From assembly GCF_047600565.1 (NCBI RefSeq), contig NZ_JASGKN010000001.1, forward strand, positions 221,628-285,627: 64,000 bases of DNA, in the 5' to 3' direction. Shown here piece by piece: positions 26,325 to 38,231 of this stretch; position 1 is the first letter of the stretch; each line of letters starts with the position of its first letter. The translations under genes were made by a program, and so were the position numbers. This stretch comes from Gordonia sp. (in: high G+C Gram-positive bacteria). Its GTDB lineage: Bacteria; Actinomycetota; Actinomycetes; Mycobacteriales; Mycobacteriaceae. The notes under the pieces were generated by a model that did no database searches, was not told where the DNA came from, and saw only the letters and a program-made list of their open reading frames with translations.

Positions 26325-27632
26325 TCAGGCCAGGCCGTAGCGCAGGCCGGGACGGTCCAGCTCGATCTCGGTGAGCCGGTTGTACTTGGCGACGCGTTCC
26401 CCACGCGCCGGGGCACCGGACTTGATCTGCCCGACGCCGGTACCGACCACCAGGTCGGCGATGAACGTGTCGACGGTCTCGCCGCTGCGATGGGAGACCA
26501 TGGCGGCCATGCCCAGCTCGCGGGCGGTCGCGACGGCCGCGAACGTCTGCGACACGGTGCCGATCTGATTCGGTTTGATCAGGACCGCGTCGGACCAGCC
26601 CTTCTCGGCGCCCGCCCGGATCCGTGCAGGGTCGGTCACGTACAGGTCGTCGCCGACGGTCTGCACCCGCCAGGATCCGTCCGGCCGGCGAAGCGCCTCG
26701 CCCATGGCGGTCCAGCCGTCGCCGTCGTCCTCGGCGAAACCGTCCTCCAGACTGCGGATCGGATAGTCGTCGAGAAGCGTGAGGTAGTAGTCGACCAGCT
26801 GATCGCGACTCAGCTCGTCGCCGACGCGGTACCGGCCGTCCCCGAGAGAGAAGCCGTTGGCCGCCGGATCGAGAGCGATCGCGACGTCGTCGGTGCCGGG
26901 CCGGCGCCCGGCCTCGACGATCGCCTCCACCAGCAGGTCCAGTGCTTCCCGGGGATCGGCGAGCGGGGGAGCGAAACCGCCTTCGTCGCCCAGCCCCGCG
27001 GTGCCGAACCGGTCGGCGACCAGGGCGCGCAGCACGTGGTAGACCTCGGCGCCGGTGTCGACGGCCTCCCGTTCGGTGGCCGCACCGACCGGGGCGATCA
27101 TGAACTCCTGGAAATCGAGCGCATTGGCGGCGTGTGCTCCGCCGTTCAGGACGTTGAAGTGCGGCACCGGGAGCAGTTCGTCCGCGCCGGTCGTCGTGGA
27201 GATCCACGTGTGCAACGGCTGTCCGGCGGCGTGCGCGAAGGCGCGGGTCGCCAGGATCGACACCGCCACCACCGCGTTGGCACCCAGGCGCCGGTACCCG
27301 GACGTGCCGTCCAGCTCGGCCAGCGCACCGTCGACCTCGTCGATGCTCGACCACCGGCGTCCGGTGATCAGGGGAGCGATCTCGTCGTCGAGACGGGTGA
27401 TCGCGACGTTCACGCCACGGCCGGAGAACGCGGAGCCTCCGTCCCGCAGCTCCACCGCCTCGTGCTCGCCGGTGGAGGCGCCGGCCGGAGCCGCCGCACG
27501 CAGCTCGGTTCCGTCGGCGAGTGTGCCGCGCACCTCGAGGGTGGGGAAACCGCGGGAGTCGAGAATCGAGCGGGCGCCCAGTTCGGTCACGCTGATGGGC
27601 TCGATGGCGGTGGTGGGGGTGCTGGTCGACAT
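26325..27632 (-). CDS. Enolase-family protein (divergent paralog with the catalytic residues retained)
   Basis: LDSRGFPTLEV, AGASTGEHEAVELRDG, FQEFMIAP, GDEGGFAP, SLEDGF, VGDDLYVTD, LIKPNQIGT, SHRSGETVD, QIKSG. Start at ATG 27632 after AGGAGA. Confidence 0.85.
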   Translation of the reverse strand: MSTSTPTTAIEPISVTELGARSILDSRGFPTLEVRGTLADGTELRAAAPAGASTGEHEAVELRDGGSAFSGRGVNVAITRLDDEIAPLITGRRWSSIDEVDGALAELDGTSGYRRLGANAVVAVSILATRAFAHAAGQPLHTWISTTTGADELLPVPHFNVLNGGAHAANALDFQEFMIAPVGAATEREAVDTGAEVYHVLRALVADRFGTAGLGDEGGFAPPLADPREALDLLVEAIVEAGRRPGTDDVAIALDPAANGFSLGDGRYRVGDELSRDQLVDYYLTLLDDYPIRSLEDGFAEDDGDGWTAMGEALRRPDGSWRVQTVGDDLYVTDPARIRAGAEKGWSDAVLIKPNQIGTVSQTFAAVATARELGMAAMVSHRSGETVDTFIADLVVGTGVGQIKSGAPARGERVAKYNRLTEIELDRPGLRYGLA

Positions 27633-27763
27633 CGTCGTCTCCTGCCTTCCGCGCACGCTGGCGCAACCTGGCAGGGACTGTTGTCGGAGGATTCCGAGGT
27701 TCGGGTACGGCGAGCCCCACCGCCGCGACGCCGGTCAGGCGTCGGAATTCATTGTGGCACGGA

Positions 27764-29727
<1,964 letters not shown>

Positions 29728-29751
29728 GCGAGCCGACAGAAAGGCGCCGTC

Positions 29752-30918
29752 GTGCGTGACCTCGTCGAATTCGGCATGGGGCGGACCGCCCGCCGGACCT
29801 ATGAACTCGAAGACATCTCGATCGTCCCGTCCCGCCGGACACGGTCGTCCAAGCACGTCTCCACCGCGTGGCAGATCGACGCCTACCGGTTCGACGCGCC
29901 GATCCTGAACCATCCGACCGACGCCATCGGCTCGCCGGACGCGGTGATCGCGCTCGGCAAGCTCGGTGCGATGGGTGTGCTGAACGGCGAAGGCCTGTGG
30001 GCGCGCCACAAGGACGTCGAGAAGAAGATCTCCGAGCTGGTCGACATCGCCGACCAGAACCCCGATCCCACCGCCGCCGTCCGTGCGCTGCAGAAGCTGC
30101 ATTCGGCGCCGGTCCAGACCGAACTGGTCGCCGAGGCCGTCGCCAAGATCCGCGAGGCCGGCGTCACCACCGCGGTCCGCGTCAGCCCGCAGCACGCGCC
30201 CGAACTGACCCCGGCGCTGCTCGAGGCCGGCCTCGAGATCCTGGTGGTGCACGGCACCATCATCTCGGCCGAGCACGTGGTGCTGGTGCCGAGCGGCGAC
30301 AGCGACGACCTGATCGACGAGCCGCTGAACCTCAAGACGTTCATCGCCGAACTGGACATCCCGGTGATCGCCGGCGGCGTCCACGACCACCGCACCGCCC
30401 TGCATTCGATGCGGACCGGTGCGGCCGGTGTGATCGTCGGGTACGGCTCCGCCGAGGGCGCCACCACCACCAACGAGGTGCTCGGCATCGGGGTGCCGAT
30501 GGCGACCGCCATCGCCGACGCCGCCGCCGCCCGCCGCGACTACCTCGACGAGACCGGCGGCCGCTACGTGCACGTCATCGCCGACGGCGACCTGCACACC
30601 TCGGGCGACCTGGCCAAGGCCATCGCCTGCGGTGCCGACGCCGTCTCGCTGGGCACCCCGCTCGCGGCATCGGCGGAGGCTCCCGGACGCGGCTGGTACT
30701 GGCCGTCGGCCGCCGCCCACCCGGACACCCCGCGCGGTGCGCTGCTGCAGGTGGCCGAGGAGTCGGACCGGCCGAGCCTCGAACAGGTGCTGACCGGTCC
30801 ATCGGACGATCCGGACGGTGGCCTGAACCTGGTGGGCGCGCTGCGCCGGTCGATGGCCAAGGCCGGCTACGCCGACCTCAAGGAGTTCCAGAAGGTCGGC
30901 CTGTCCGTTCGCGGCTGA
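29752..30918 (+). CDS. guaB3: GuaB3-type IMP dehydrogenase-related protein
   Basis: YELEDISIVPSRRTRSS and a TIM-barrel without a CBS pair. It follows guaB directly, as Rv3410c does. Confidence 0.8.
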   Translation: MRDLVEFGMGRTARRTYELEDISIVPSRRTRSSKHVSTAWQIDAYRFDAPILNHPTDAIGSPDAVIALGKLGAMGVLNGEGLWARHKDVEKKISELVDIADQNPDPTAAVRALQKLHSAPVQTELVAEAVAKIREAGVTTAVRVSPQHAPELTPALLEAGLEILVVHGTIISAEHVVLVPSGDSDDLIDEPLNLKTFIAELDIPVIAGGVHDHRTALHSMRTGAAGVIVGYGSAEGATTTNEVLGIGVPMATAIADAAAARRDYLDETGGRYVHVIADGDLHTSGDLAKAIACGADAVSLGTPLAASAEAPGRGWYWPSAAAHPDTPRGALLQVAEESDRPSLEQVLTGPSDDPDGGLNLVGALRRSMAKAGYADLKEFQKVGLSVRG

Positions 30919-30930
30919 GCGCCCTCTCGC

Positions 30931-30994
30931 TGAGCCGGGCGAGGAACGAGCCCGTGTCCCGCTCGTTGGTTGAGCCGGGCGAGGAACGAGCCCG
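30931..30994. repeat. 24-nt direct repeat x2 with an internal hairpin, intergenic between guaB3 and choD
   Basis: tgagccgggcgaggaacgagcccg occurs at 30931-30954 and 30971-30994. aacgagc/gctcgtt can pair between the two copies. Confidence 0.8.
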
Positions 30995-31060
30995 AGTCGA
31001 AACCAAGTTAGGTAACACTTCCTTTCCGGACCGTGACAACGGTCATTAGAGTGATGTGGC

Positions 31061-32839
31061 ATGGCACACACCGACTATGACGTCATCATCATCGGCTCCG
31101 GATTCGGCGGCAGCGTCAGTGCGTTGCGCCTGGTGGAGAAGGGCTACAAGGTCGCCGTCATCGAAGCGGGACGCCGTTTCGAGGACGACCAGTTCGCCAA
31201 GACCAGCTGGCGTCTGAACAAGTACGTGTGGGCCCCCAAACTCGGTCTCTACGGCGTTCAGCGCATCCATGCGCTCAAGGACGTCATGATCATGGCCGGT
31301 GCCGGTGTGGGCGGCGGTTCGCTGAACTACGCGAACACGCTGTACAAGCCGCCGACCCCGTTCTTCACCGACCCCCAGTGGAATCACATCACCGACTGGG
31401 AGAGCGAACTCGACCCGTTCTACGACCAGGCGCGCCGGATGCTGGGTGTCGTGGAGAATCCGACCTTCACCAACGCCGACAAGGTGATGAAGGAGGTGGC
31501 CGACGACATGGGTGTCGGCGACACCTTCGTGCCCACCCCGGTCGGCGTCTTCTTCGGCGAGAAGACCGGCGGCCAGGGCAAGCCGGGCCAGACCGTCGAC
31601 GACCCGTACTTCGGCGGTGTGGGACCGAAGCGGACGGCGTGCACCGAGTGCGGCGCCTGCATGGTCGGCTGCCGCGTCGGCGCCAAGAACACCCTCTTGA
31701 AGAACTACCTCGGCCTCGCCGAGAAGGCCGGCGCCACCATCATCGACCGCACCACCGTCGACCGGCTCGAAGAGCGCAGCGACGGCAGCTGGGTGGTCTC
31801 GACGCACGGATCGTCGTCGTGGGGTCCGTTCGGCGCCCGCCGCCGTCAGCTCACCGCCGACAACGTGATCGTCGCCGCCGGCACCTTCAACACGCAGCGG
31901 CTGCTGCACCACGCGAAGTCCTCGACGCTGCCGAAGCTGTCGAACGTCGGCGTGCTGACCCGCACCAACTCCGAGTCCATCCTCGGCGCCATGTCCAAGA
32001 AGGTCGACCCGAACAACGACCTCACCCAGGGCGTCGCGATCACCTCGTCCTTCCACCCGAAGTCGAATACGCACATCGAACCGGTCCGCTACAGCAAGGG
32101 CAGCAACGCGATCGCCTTCCTGCAGACGATCCTGACCGACGGCGGCACAGTGCCTTCACGCTTGAAGCAGTTCCTGCTGCAGGTGATCAAGAATCCGTTC
32201 CTGCTGGTCCGCATGCTGGTGGTGAAGGGCTGGAGTGAGCGCACCATCATCGCGCTGGTGATGCAGAACAACAACAACTCGCTGACCACCTATGTGCGCC
32301 GGCGCGGCCCGTTCAAATACATCACCTCCAAGCAGGGCATCGGCGAGCCCAACCCGACCTGGATCCCGGAGGGCAACGACGCGGTGCGCCGGATGGCCGC
32401 CAAGCTGCCCGACGGCATCGCGGGCGGCACCTGGGGCGACATCTTCAACATGCCGATGACTGCGCACTACCTCGGCGGCTGCGCCATCTCCGACAGCCCG
32501 GAGAACGGCGTCATCGATCCGTACCACCGCGTGTGGAACTACCCGACGCTGTATGTGACCGACGGCGCCGCGATCTCGGCGAATCTGGGCGTGAACCCGT
32601 CCCTGTCGATCTCCGCGCAGGCCGAGCGGGCCGCCTCGCTGTGGCCCAACAAGGGCGAAGCCGATCCGCGTCCCGCGCAGGGCGAACCGTACCGGCGCAT
32701 CGACCCGGTGAAGCCGAACAGCCCGGTGGTGCCCGAGGGGGCACCCGGCGCGCTGCGTCTGTCGATCACGCCGGTGACCTCGACCGCGGCACGCACCGCC
32801 GCCAAGAACGCCACACCCACCAAGGCCGGCAAGGCCTGA
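31061..32839 (+). CDS. choD: GMC-family oxidoreductase (cholesterol oxidase ChoD-like)
   Basis: FAD motif DVIIIGSGFGGSVSALRLVEKGYKVAVIEAG. 592 aa. Position after guaB3 as in M. tuberculosis. Confidence 0.8.
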   Translation: MAHTDYDVIIIGSGFGGSVSALRLVEKGYKVAVIEAGRRFEDDQFAKTSWRLNKYVWAPKLGLYGVQRIHALKDVMIMAGAGVGGGSLNYANTLYKPPTPFFTDPQWNHITDWESELDPFYDQARRMLGVVENPTFTNADKVMKEVADDMGVGDTFVPTPVGVFFGEKTGGQGKPGQTVDDPYFGGVGPKRTACTECGACMVGCRVGAKNTLLKNYLGLAEKAGATIIDRTTVDRLEERSDGSWVVSTHGSSSWGPFGARRRQLTADNVIVAAGTFNTQRLLHHAKSSTLPKLSNVGVLTRTNSESILGAMSKKVDPNNDLTQGVAITSSFHPKSNTHIEPVRYSKGSNAIAFLQTILTDGGTVPSRLKQFLLQVIKNPFLLVRMLVVKGWSERTIIALVMQNNNNSLTTYVRRRGPFKYITSKQGIGEPNPTWIPEGNDAVRRMAAKLPDGIAGGTWGDIFNMPMTAHYLGGCAISDSPENGVIDPYHRVWNYPTLYVTDGAAISANLGVNPSLSISAQAERAASLWPNKGEADPRPAQGEPYRRIDPVKPNSPVVPEGAPGALRLSITPVTSTAARTAAKNATPTKAGKA

Positions 32840-32860
32840 GCGCGGCGTAGGCTCGGACGC

Positions 32861-33202
32861 ATGAGCGATTGGCGTGACGAGCGTGCCGAGCAGATCCGCC
32901 GGCTGATCCTGGCCGCCGACGACGGCATCGTCGAAGAGGTCAAGTGGCGCAAGCCGTCGAATCCCGACGGGGTGCCCACCTTCAGTGCGGACGGGCTGAT
33001 CTGCACTCTGGAGACCTACAAGGACAAGATCAAGACGACGTTCGCGTACGGCGCCTCGCTGCCCGATCCGGCGCACGTCTTCAACGCCAGCCTGACCGCC
33101 GGCACACGCCGGGCGATCGACCTCACCGAGGATGCGGCACTGGACGAGGACGCCTTCACCGCGCTGGTCCGGGCGGCCGTCGCACGCAATCGCGACAAGT
33201 AA
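32861..33202 (+). CDS. Small DUF1801-like protein
   Basis: 113-aa ORF with IVEEVKWRKPS...FAYGASL, resembling the YdhG/DUF1801 family. Confidence 0.5.
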   Translation: MSDWRDERAEQIRRLILAADDGIVEEVKWRKPSNPDGVPTFSADGLICTLETYKDKIKTTFAYGASLPDPAHVFNASLTAGTRRAIDLTEDAALDEDAFTALVRAAVARNRDK

Positions 33203-33242
33203 CGCCGTTCGGCTCGCGCGCGGACCCCGGCCCGCTTAGGGT

Positions 33243-33836
33243 GTGCTCATGACTGAACCCCGTACCCGTGTCCGCTGGACGTTCCTCGGCACTCTGCCGT
33301 TCGCCGCAGCGGTCCTCGTGCTCATCAACGCCGTCTACATCACCCTCGTCGCCATCGGCAACATCACCGACTACGACACCAACTACGAGTTCGTGAAGGG
33401 TGTCCTCTCGATGGACACCATCAACTTCGAGGACGCCGCACACGCCGGCCAGGACCTCGACCCCGACGTCTCCTGGCGCGCCATCCACAGCCCGGTGCTG
33501 TGGAACATCGGCTACATCCTGGTCATCGTCTGGGAGTCGCTGGCCGGCCTGGTGCTGCTGTTCGCGTCGTACAAGTTCGCGCGTGCCTTCATCAAGGACG
33601 AGCCCTTCGCTTCGGCCCGTCGCTGGGGCAGCGGCGGTCTGCTGATGATCGTGGCGCTGTTCGCCGGCGGCTTCATCGCGATCGGCGGCGAGTGGTTCCA
33701 GATGTGGCGCTCGATCGTCTGGAACGGCGAGGAGGCGGCGCTGCGCAACGCCCTCATCGCGCTGCTGGGCATCGTCCTCATCCACATCGCCTCCCCGGCC
33801 TGGAAGAAGGGCCACCAGGGAGAACTGTCCTCCTGA
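33243..33836 (+). CDS. Small integral membrane protein (DUF2165-like)
   Basis: Four predicted TM segments and the motif ITDYDTNYEFVKGVLSMDT. Confidence 0.5.
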   Translation: MLMTEPRTRVRWTFLGTLPFAAAVLVLINAVYITLVAIGNITDYDTNYEFVKGVLSMDTINFEDAAHAGQDLDPDVSWRAIHSPVLWNIGYILVIVWESLAGLVLLFASYKFARAFIKDEPFASARRWGSGGLLMIVALFAGGFIAIGGEWFQMWRSIVWNGEEAALRNALIALLGIVLIHIASPAWKKGHQGELSS

Positions 33837-33850
33837 CCCTCACGAACGCC

Positions 33851-33882
33851 GAACGCCCGGACGAGAAATCGTCCGGGCGTTC
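33851..33882. terminator. Bidirectional stem-loop terminator
   Basis: gaacgcccggacga-gaaa-tcgtccgggcgttc forms a perfect 14-bp stem between convergent genes. Confidence 0.7.
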
Positions 33883-33894
33883 GCGTATCCGATG

Positions 33895-34461
33895 TCAGAT
33901 GTAGAGCGCCGGTTCGGCGTACGGGTCCACGTCGTCGCCGTCGTGCCCGGGCCGCGCTTTGGCGGCCACACCGACGGCCACATAGCCGGGCGGGACGTCC
34001 CGCACGACCACCGCGTTGGCGCCCACCTTCGCGTCGTCGCCGACGGTGATGGGGCCGAGGACCTTGGCGCCGGCGCCGATCAGCACCCGATCACCGACGG
34101 TCGGATGGCGCTTGCCCTTGTTCATGCTGGTGCCGCCGAGAGTGGATCCGTGGAACATGACCACGTCCTCGCCGACCTCGGCGGTCTCGCCGATCACCAC
34201 GCCCATGCCGTGATCGATGAAGAAGCGGCGGCCGATCGTCGCCCCCGGATGGATCTCGATACCGGTGACCGTGCGACCCAGCTGCGACAGCAGGCGGGCA
34301 GGTAACCGGAATCCGGCCTCCCACAGTCCGTGTGCGACCCGGTGGAACCAGAGTGCGTGCACCCCGGGGTAGGCGAGGGCCACCTCCACGAGAGACCGGG
34401 CGGCCGGGTCACGGTCGCGTGCGGTCTGCAAGTCCTCGCGGAGGGTGCCCAGAAGCCCCAT
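33895..34461 (-). CDS. cysE: Serine O-acetyltransferase
   Basis: N-terminal RDRDPAARS...[15 protein letters not shown] and hexapeptide repeats [26 protein letters not shown]. Confidence 0.9.
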   Translation of the reverse strand: MGLLGTLREDLQTARDRDPAARSLVEVALAYPGVHALWFHRVAHGLWEAGFRLPARLLSQLGRTVTGIEIHPGATIGRRFFIDHGMGVVIGETAEVGEDVVMFHGSTLGGTSMNKGKRHPTVGDRVLIGAGAKVLGPITVGDDAKVGANAVVVRDVPPGYVAVGVAAKARPGHDGDDVDPYAEPALYI

Positions 34462-34463
34462 CG

Positions 34464-35402
34464 TCAGTCCACGAGCCCTTCGAACAGGACCGTCGACAGG
34501 TAGCGCTCACCGAAGTCCGGCAGCACGACGACGATGGTCTTGCCCTTCGACTCCGGACGCTTGGCGACGTCGATCGCGGCCTTGAGTGCGGCACCGGACG
34601 AGATGCCCACGAGCAGCCCCTCCTCGGTGGCGGCGCGGCGCGCCCACGCGACCGCATCCTCGGCGTTGACGTCGAGCACCTCGTCGTACACGTCACGGTC
34701 CAGGACGTCGGGCACGAAGTTGGCGCCCAGACCCTGGATCTTGTGCGGTGCCGGGTTGCCGCCGTTGAGGATCGGCGATTCGGCCGGCTCGACGGCGATG
34801 ATCTTCACTTCGGGCTTGCGTTCCTTGAGCACCTGGCCGACACCGGTGATGGTGCCGCCGGTACCGATGCCTGCGACGAACACGTCGACGCCGCCGTCGG
34901 TGTCGTTCCAGACCTCCTCGGCGGTGGTCTTACGGTGGACGTCGGCGTTCGCCGGGTTGGCGAACTGTCGGGCCAGCACGGCGCCCGGACGCTCGGAGGC
35001 GATCTCCTCGGCCTTCTTGACCGCGCCGGCCATGCCTTCGGCGGCCGGCGTCAGCACCAGTTCGGCGCCGAAGGCACGCAGCAGTGCGCGCCGCTCCTTC
35101 GACATCGACTCGGGCATCGCGATGACGACCTTGTAGCCGCGCGCGGCACCGACCATCGCCAGCGCGATACCGGTGTTGCCGGAGGTCGCCTCGACGATCG
35201 TGCCGCCGGGCGGCAGGGTGCCGTCGGCCTCGGCGGCGTCGATGATGGACACCGCGATGCGGTCCTTCACCGAGTTCGCAGGGTTGTACGACTCGAGCTT
35301 GGCCAGCACGGTGGCGCCGGCGCCGTCGGTGATCCGGTTGAGGCGCACGAGCGGGGTGCGGCCGACGGCCGCGGTCACATCGTCGAAGACGTTCTGAGGC
35401 AT
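34464..35402 (-). CDS. cysK: Cysteine synthase A (O-acetylserine sulfhydrylase)
   Basis: PLP-lysine motif [11 protein letters not shown], plus [10 protein letters not shown] and [10 protein letters not shown]. Confidence 0.95.
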   Translation of the reverse strand: MPQNVFDDVTAAVGRTPLVRLNRITDGAGATVLAKLESYNPANSVKDRIAVSIIDAAEADGTLPPGGTIVEATSGNTGIALAMVGAARGYKVVIAMPESMSKERRALLRAFGAELVLTPAAEGMAGAVKKAEEIASERPGAVLARQFANPANADVHRKTTAEEVWNDTDGGVDVFVAGIGTGGTITGVGQVLKERKPEVKIIAVEPAESPILNGGNPAPHKIQGLGANFVPDVLDRDVYDEVLDVNAEDAVAWARRAATEEGLLVGISSGAALKAAIDVAKRPESKGKTIVVVLPDFGERYLSTVLFEGLVD

Positions 35403-35460
35403 TGATCTGCTCCTTGAGCTTGTCGAAAGATGCCGGAAAGGACTGGTGCTTCGAGCCTAG

Positions 35461-36066
35461 TCAGTCGAGACCGCGGGCCGCCAAGGTGTCCGCGTACCCG
35501 TCGGCGACGTCGAGGGCGGCGAGGACCACCGGCACGAACAGGACGCGGGGACCGGCCCGCAACCCGCGGGCCCGGCGCGCCTGATCGACCTGCGTGACCA
35601 GTCCGGCGATCACCGGCACCGAACGGAGGGTCAGAGCGAATCCCATCGCGATCAGATCGGTGCGCACCCCGAGCCGGGCGAGCGGCGACAGGGCGACCAC
35701 GATCGCGTCGATCAGGTCGGACGTGCGGGTGGTCAGGGTGACCACCGCGGCCAGGGCGATCGAGGCCAGCAGGACCGCGGAGACGACGGTCGCCGATCGC
35801 AGGCCGGCGACGATCAGCTGTGCGACGAAGATGATCGCCACCGTCAGCAGGGTGCCACGCATGAGCGGCCAGGCCGCCTTCGGTCCGACACCCGCCAGCG
35901 CGAACACCGCCACCACCGCACCGAGGGCCACGGCGCCGCCGACCGGGGTCTTCACGGTGACCGTCATCGCGACGATCGCCGCGATCAGGGCGATCAGTTT
36001 GACTCCTGCGGGCAGCCGGTGGATCGGGGAGGTCCCGGGCACATAGGTGCCCAACGGTGTGGTCAT
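35461..36066 (-). CDS. ecfT: ECF transporter transmembrane (T) component
   Basis: Polytopic CbiQ-like protein overlapping the stop of the upstream ATPase. It completes a bioY-ATPase-T operon. Confidence 0.7.
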   Translation of the reverse strand: MTTPLGTYVPGTSPIHRLPAGVKLIALIAAIVAMTVTVKTPVGGAVALGAVVAVFALAGVGPKAAWPLMRGTLLTVAIIFVAQLIVAGLRSATVVSAVLLASIALAAVVTLTTRTSDLIDAIVVALSPLARLGVRTDLIAMGFALTLRSVPVIAGLVTQVDQARRARGLRAGPRVLFVPVVLAALDVADGYADTLAARGLD

Positions 36067-36746
36067 CGGGCCATCAACCGCCGGTAGTGGGCGATGGCCG
36101 GGGCGGGGGCGTCGTCGGCGACGATCCGGCCGCCGTCGAGCACCAGCACCCGGTCGTAGCCGGCGAGCAGGTCGAGATCGTGGGTGAGGACGATCAGCTG
36201 TTCGTCCAGCCGGTCGAGGGCGCCCTCCAGCATGGCCGCGTTGCGCAGGTCGAGCATGGTGGTCGGTTCGTCCGCGACCAGGATCGACGGTCCGATCACC
36301 ATGATCGAGGCGAGCGCCAGCAACTGCTTCTGCCCGCCGGACAGTGTGTGCGACGGTTGATCGGCGTGGTCGGCCAGACCGAAATCGCCGAGGGCGGCCA
36401 AGGCGCGGGTCCGCCGTTCGTGCTTGTCCTTGACCGTGCGGGTCAACGACAGCTCGATGTCTTCGAGGACCGTCGGCATGATGATCTGCCGATCCGGATC
36501 GGAGAAGATGAATCCGACCCGCCGTCGCACGTCGCGGGTCTTCTTCTTCACGTCGAGGCCGTCGACCGTGACCGTGCCGGAGTCCGGAACGATCAGGCCG
36601 TTGATCATGCGGGCGAGCGTCGACTTCCCGCTGCCGTTCGCGCCGACGACGCCGATCCGATGCTCGGTGAGTTCGACGGTGACGTCGCGCAGCACCTCGC
36701 GGTCGCCGAAGGCGTGCGAGACGCCGTCGAACGCGATGGACCCCAT
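36063..36746 (-). CDS. ecfA: ECF transporter ATPase component
   Basis: Walker A GANGSGKST, signature LSGGQKQ and Walker B ILVADEPT. The start MGSIAFDG is at 36746; the rest of the 466-aa track ORF is artefact. Confidence 0.85.
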   Translation of the reverse strand: MGSIAFDGVSHAFGDREVLRDVTVELTEHRIGVVGANGSGKSTLARMINGLIVPDSGTVTVDGLDVKKKTRDVRRRVGFIFSDPDRQIIMPTVLEDIELSLTRTVKDKHERRTRALAALGDFGLADHADQPSHTLSGGQKQLLALASIMVIGPSILVADEPTTMLDLRNAAMLEGALDRLDEQLIVLTHDLDLLAGYDRVLVLDGGRIVADDAPAPAIAHYRRLMAR

Positions 36747-36757
36747 GATCGGCCCGG

Positions 36758-37360
36758 TCAGTCCTCGACGGCGGCCGGGGAGGTGCGGCGTAGGCGGAGC
36801 GGGGCGACGAGGCCGGGGCGTCCGCGGTGGACGGCGGCGGCCACGAGCGACGCGACGAGTGCTTTGAGGAGGTCGCCGGGCACGAACGAGGCGTTGGCGG
36901 TGATGATCACGTACTCGAGCGACTCGTCGGTGCGGATGAGCAGCCCCACGATGCCGCAGGCGTAGTCGATGAGGATTCCGCCGATGACGGCGGCGAGGAA
37001 ACCCCAGACGATGCTGTAGCGCGGCATCAGCATTGCGGTGAGCAGGCCGATGACGATGACGGCCGGCAGGAATCCGACGAAGTATCCGGCGGTCGGGGCG
37101 GCCAGCGACGTCAGCCCGGTACGGCCACCGGCGAGGACCGGCAGACCGGCGATCGCCAGCACCATGAAGATGACCACCGCGAGGGCGCCCTTCTTGGGGC
37201 CGAGGACGAGGCCGGCGAGCATGATGCCCATCGATTGCAGGGTGATCGGTACGCCGGACGACAGCTGGATCTGCCCGGGCAGTCCGAGCACCACGATCAG
37301 GGCGGCGAAGACGGCCGCCTGCGTCAGGTCGGCGATGGAGAACTTGAGGAAGCCAGGCAC
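36758..37360 (-). CDS. bioY: Biotin transporter S component BioY
   Basis: LGLPGQIQLSSGVPITLQSMGIMLAGLVLG and TAGYFVGF are typical of BioY. Confidence 0.8.
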   Translation of the reverse strand: MPGFLKFSIADLTQAAVFAALIVVLGLPGQIQLSSGVPITLQSMGIMLAGLVLGPKKGALAVVIFMVLAIAGLPVLAGGRTGLTSLAAPTAGYFVGFLPAVIVIGLLTAMLMPRYSIVWGFLAAVIGGILIDYACGIVGLLIRTDESLEYVIITANASFVPGDLLKALVASLVAAAVHRGRPGLVAPLRLRRTSPAAVED

Positions 37361-37432
37361 CCGTCAAGGTTATGGCACCGGGTGTCGGTCGTGGTGAGGG
37401 TGCCCTGATCCCGGACGGCTTACGATCGGGGA

Positions 37433-38197
37433 ATGGAGCCGGTGAGCAATGAACGGGTGGCACAGGCGCTGTCGCTGTGGGCGCAGCGCAAAGACCATCA
37501 GGTGTTCGCCGAGGTGATGCGCCGGGCCGTGGTCGGCGAGCTGCTGCTCGACTCGACCGGCACGTCCATCGCCGATCCGGCCGTAGGCCTGCAGAAGGGC
37601 GACACCCTCACGATCGGCTCGCATCTCGACAACACCGGTCGCCGCCTGCTGGTGGTGTTCACCGACAACCACGAACTGACCCGCTACCTGGAACATCCCG
37701 GGGCGTCCCTGGTGCAGCCGGCCGCCGCCGTCCTGCAGATGGCGATGGACGACTACGAAGGCATCGTCATCGACGGCCGCTCCGACGGTGCGTTCATCGC
37801 CTACGCCGATGAGATCCGCCAGCAGTTCGACGGTGACCCGTCGACCGCCGGCCGGCTGGCCTCGATGACCGTCGAGCAGTCGGTGCCGTTCGACGCCTTC
37901 CTCGCCCAGCTCGCCGCGACGCGGGTCCATCTGCCGTTTCAGGTCCAGCGCGACGAGCACGGCCGCGAAACGGTGGTTCCGTTGTTCACGACCGGTCCCG
38001 ACGGCGCGTCGTACGCGGTGATCGGTACCGCGCCCGCCGAGGTGTGGGCGTGGAACAGCGCCTGCGGTTCCCAGCCGGTGACGCTCGCCGAGGTGGCGCG
38101 AATCGCCCTCGACGCCGGACAGCAGGGGGTGGTCGTGAACCCGGCCGGCCCGGCGACGGTCATCGGGGCGGACAGACTGCGGACGATCCCTGGCTGA
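37433..38197 (+). CDS. SseB-family-like protein
   Basis: 254-aa ORF with [14 protein letters not shown] and a second related half. Family assignment is from memory only. Confidence 0.45.
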   Translation: MEPVSNERVAQALSLWAQRKDHQVFAEVMRRAVVGELLLDSTGTSIADPAVGLQKGDTLTIGSHLDNTGRRLLVVFTDNHELTRYLEHPGASLVQPAAAVLQMAMDDYEGIVIDGRSDGAFIAYADEIRQQFDGDPSTAGRLASMTVEQSVPFDAFLAQLAATRVHLPFQVQRDEHGRETVVPLFTTGPDGASYAVIGTAPAEVWAWNSACGSQPVTLAEVARIALDAGQQGVVVNPAGPATVIGADRLRTIPG

Positions 38198-38231
38198 CCG
38201 ATGGGCGCCGGCTGCCGATAGACTGGCCGTC

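Noticed and set aside
36747-37463. Upstream half of the 466-aa minus-strand ORF
   Set aside because: It overlaps bioY in another frame. ATPase homology starts at MGSIAFDG (36746).
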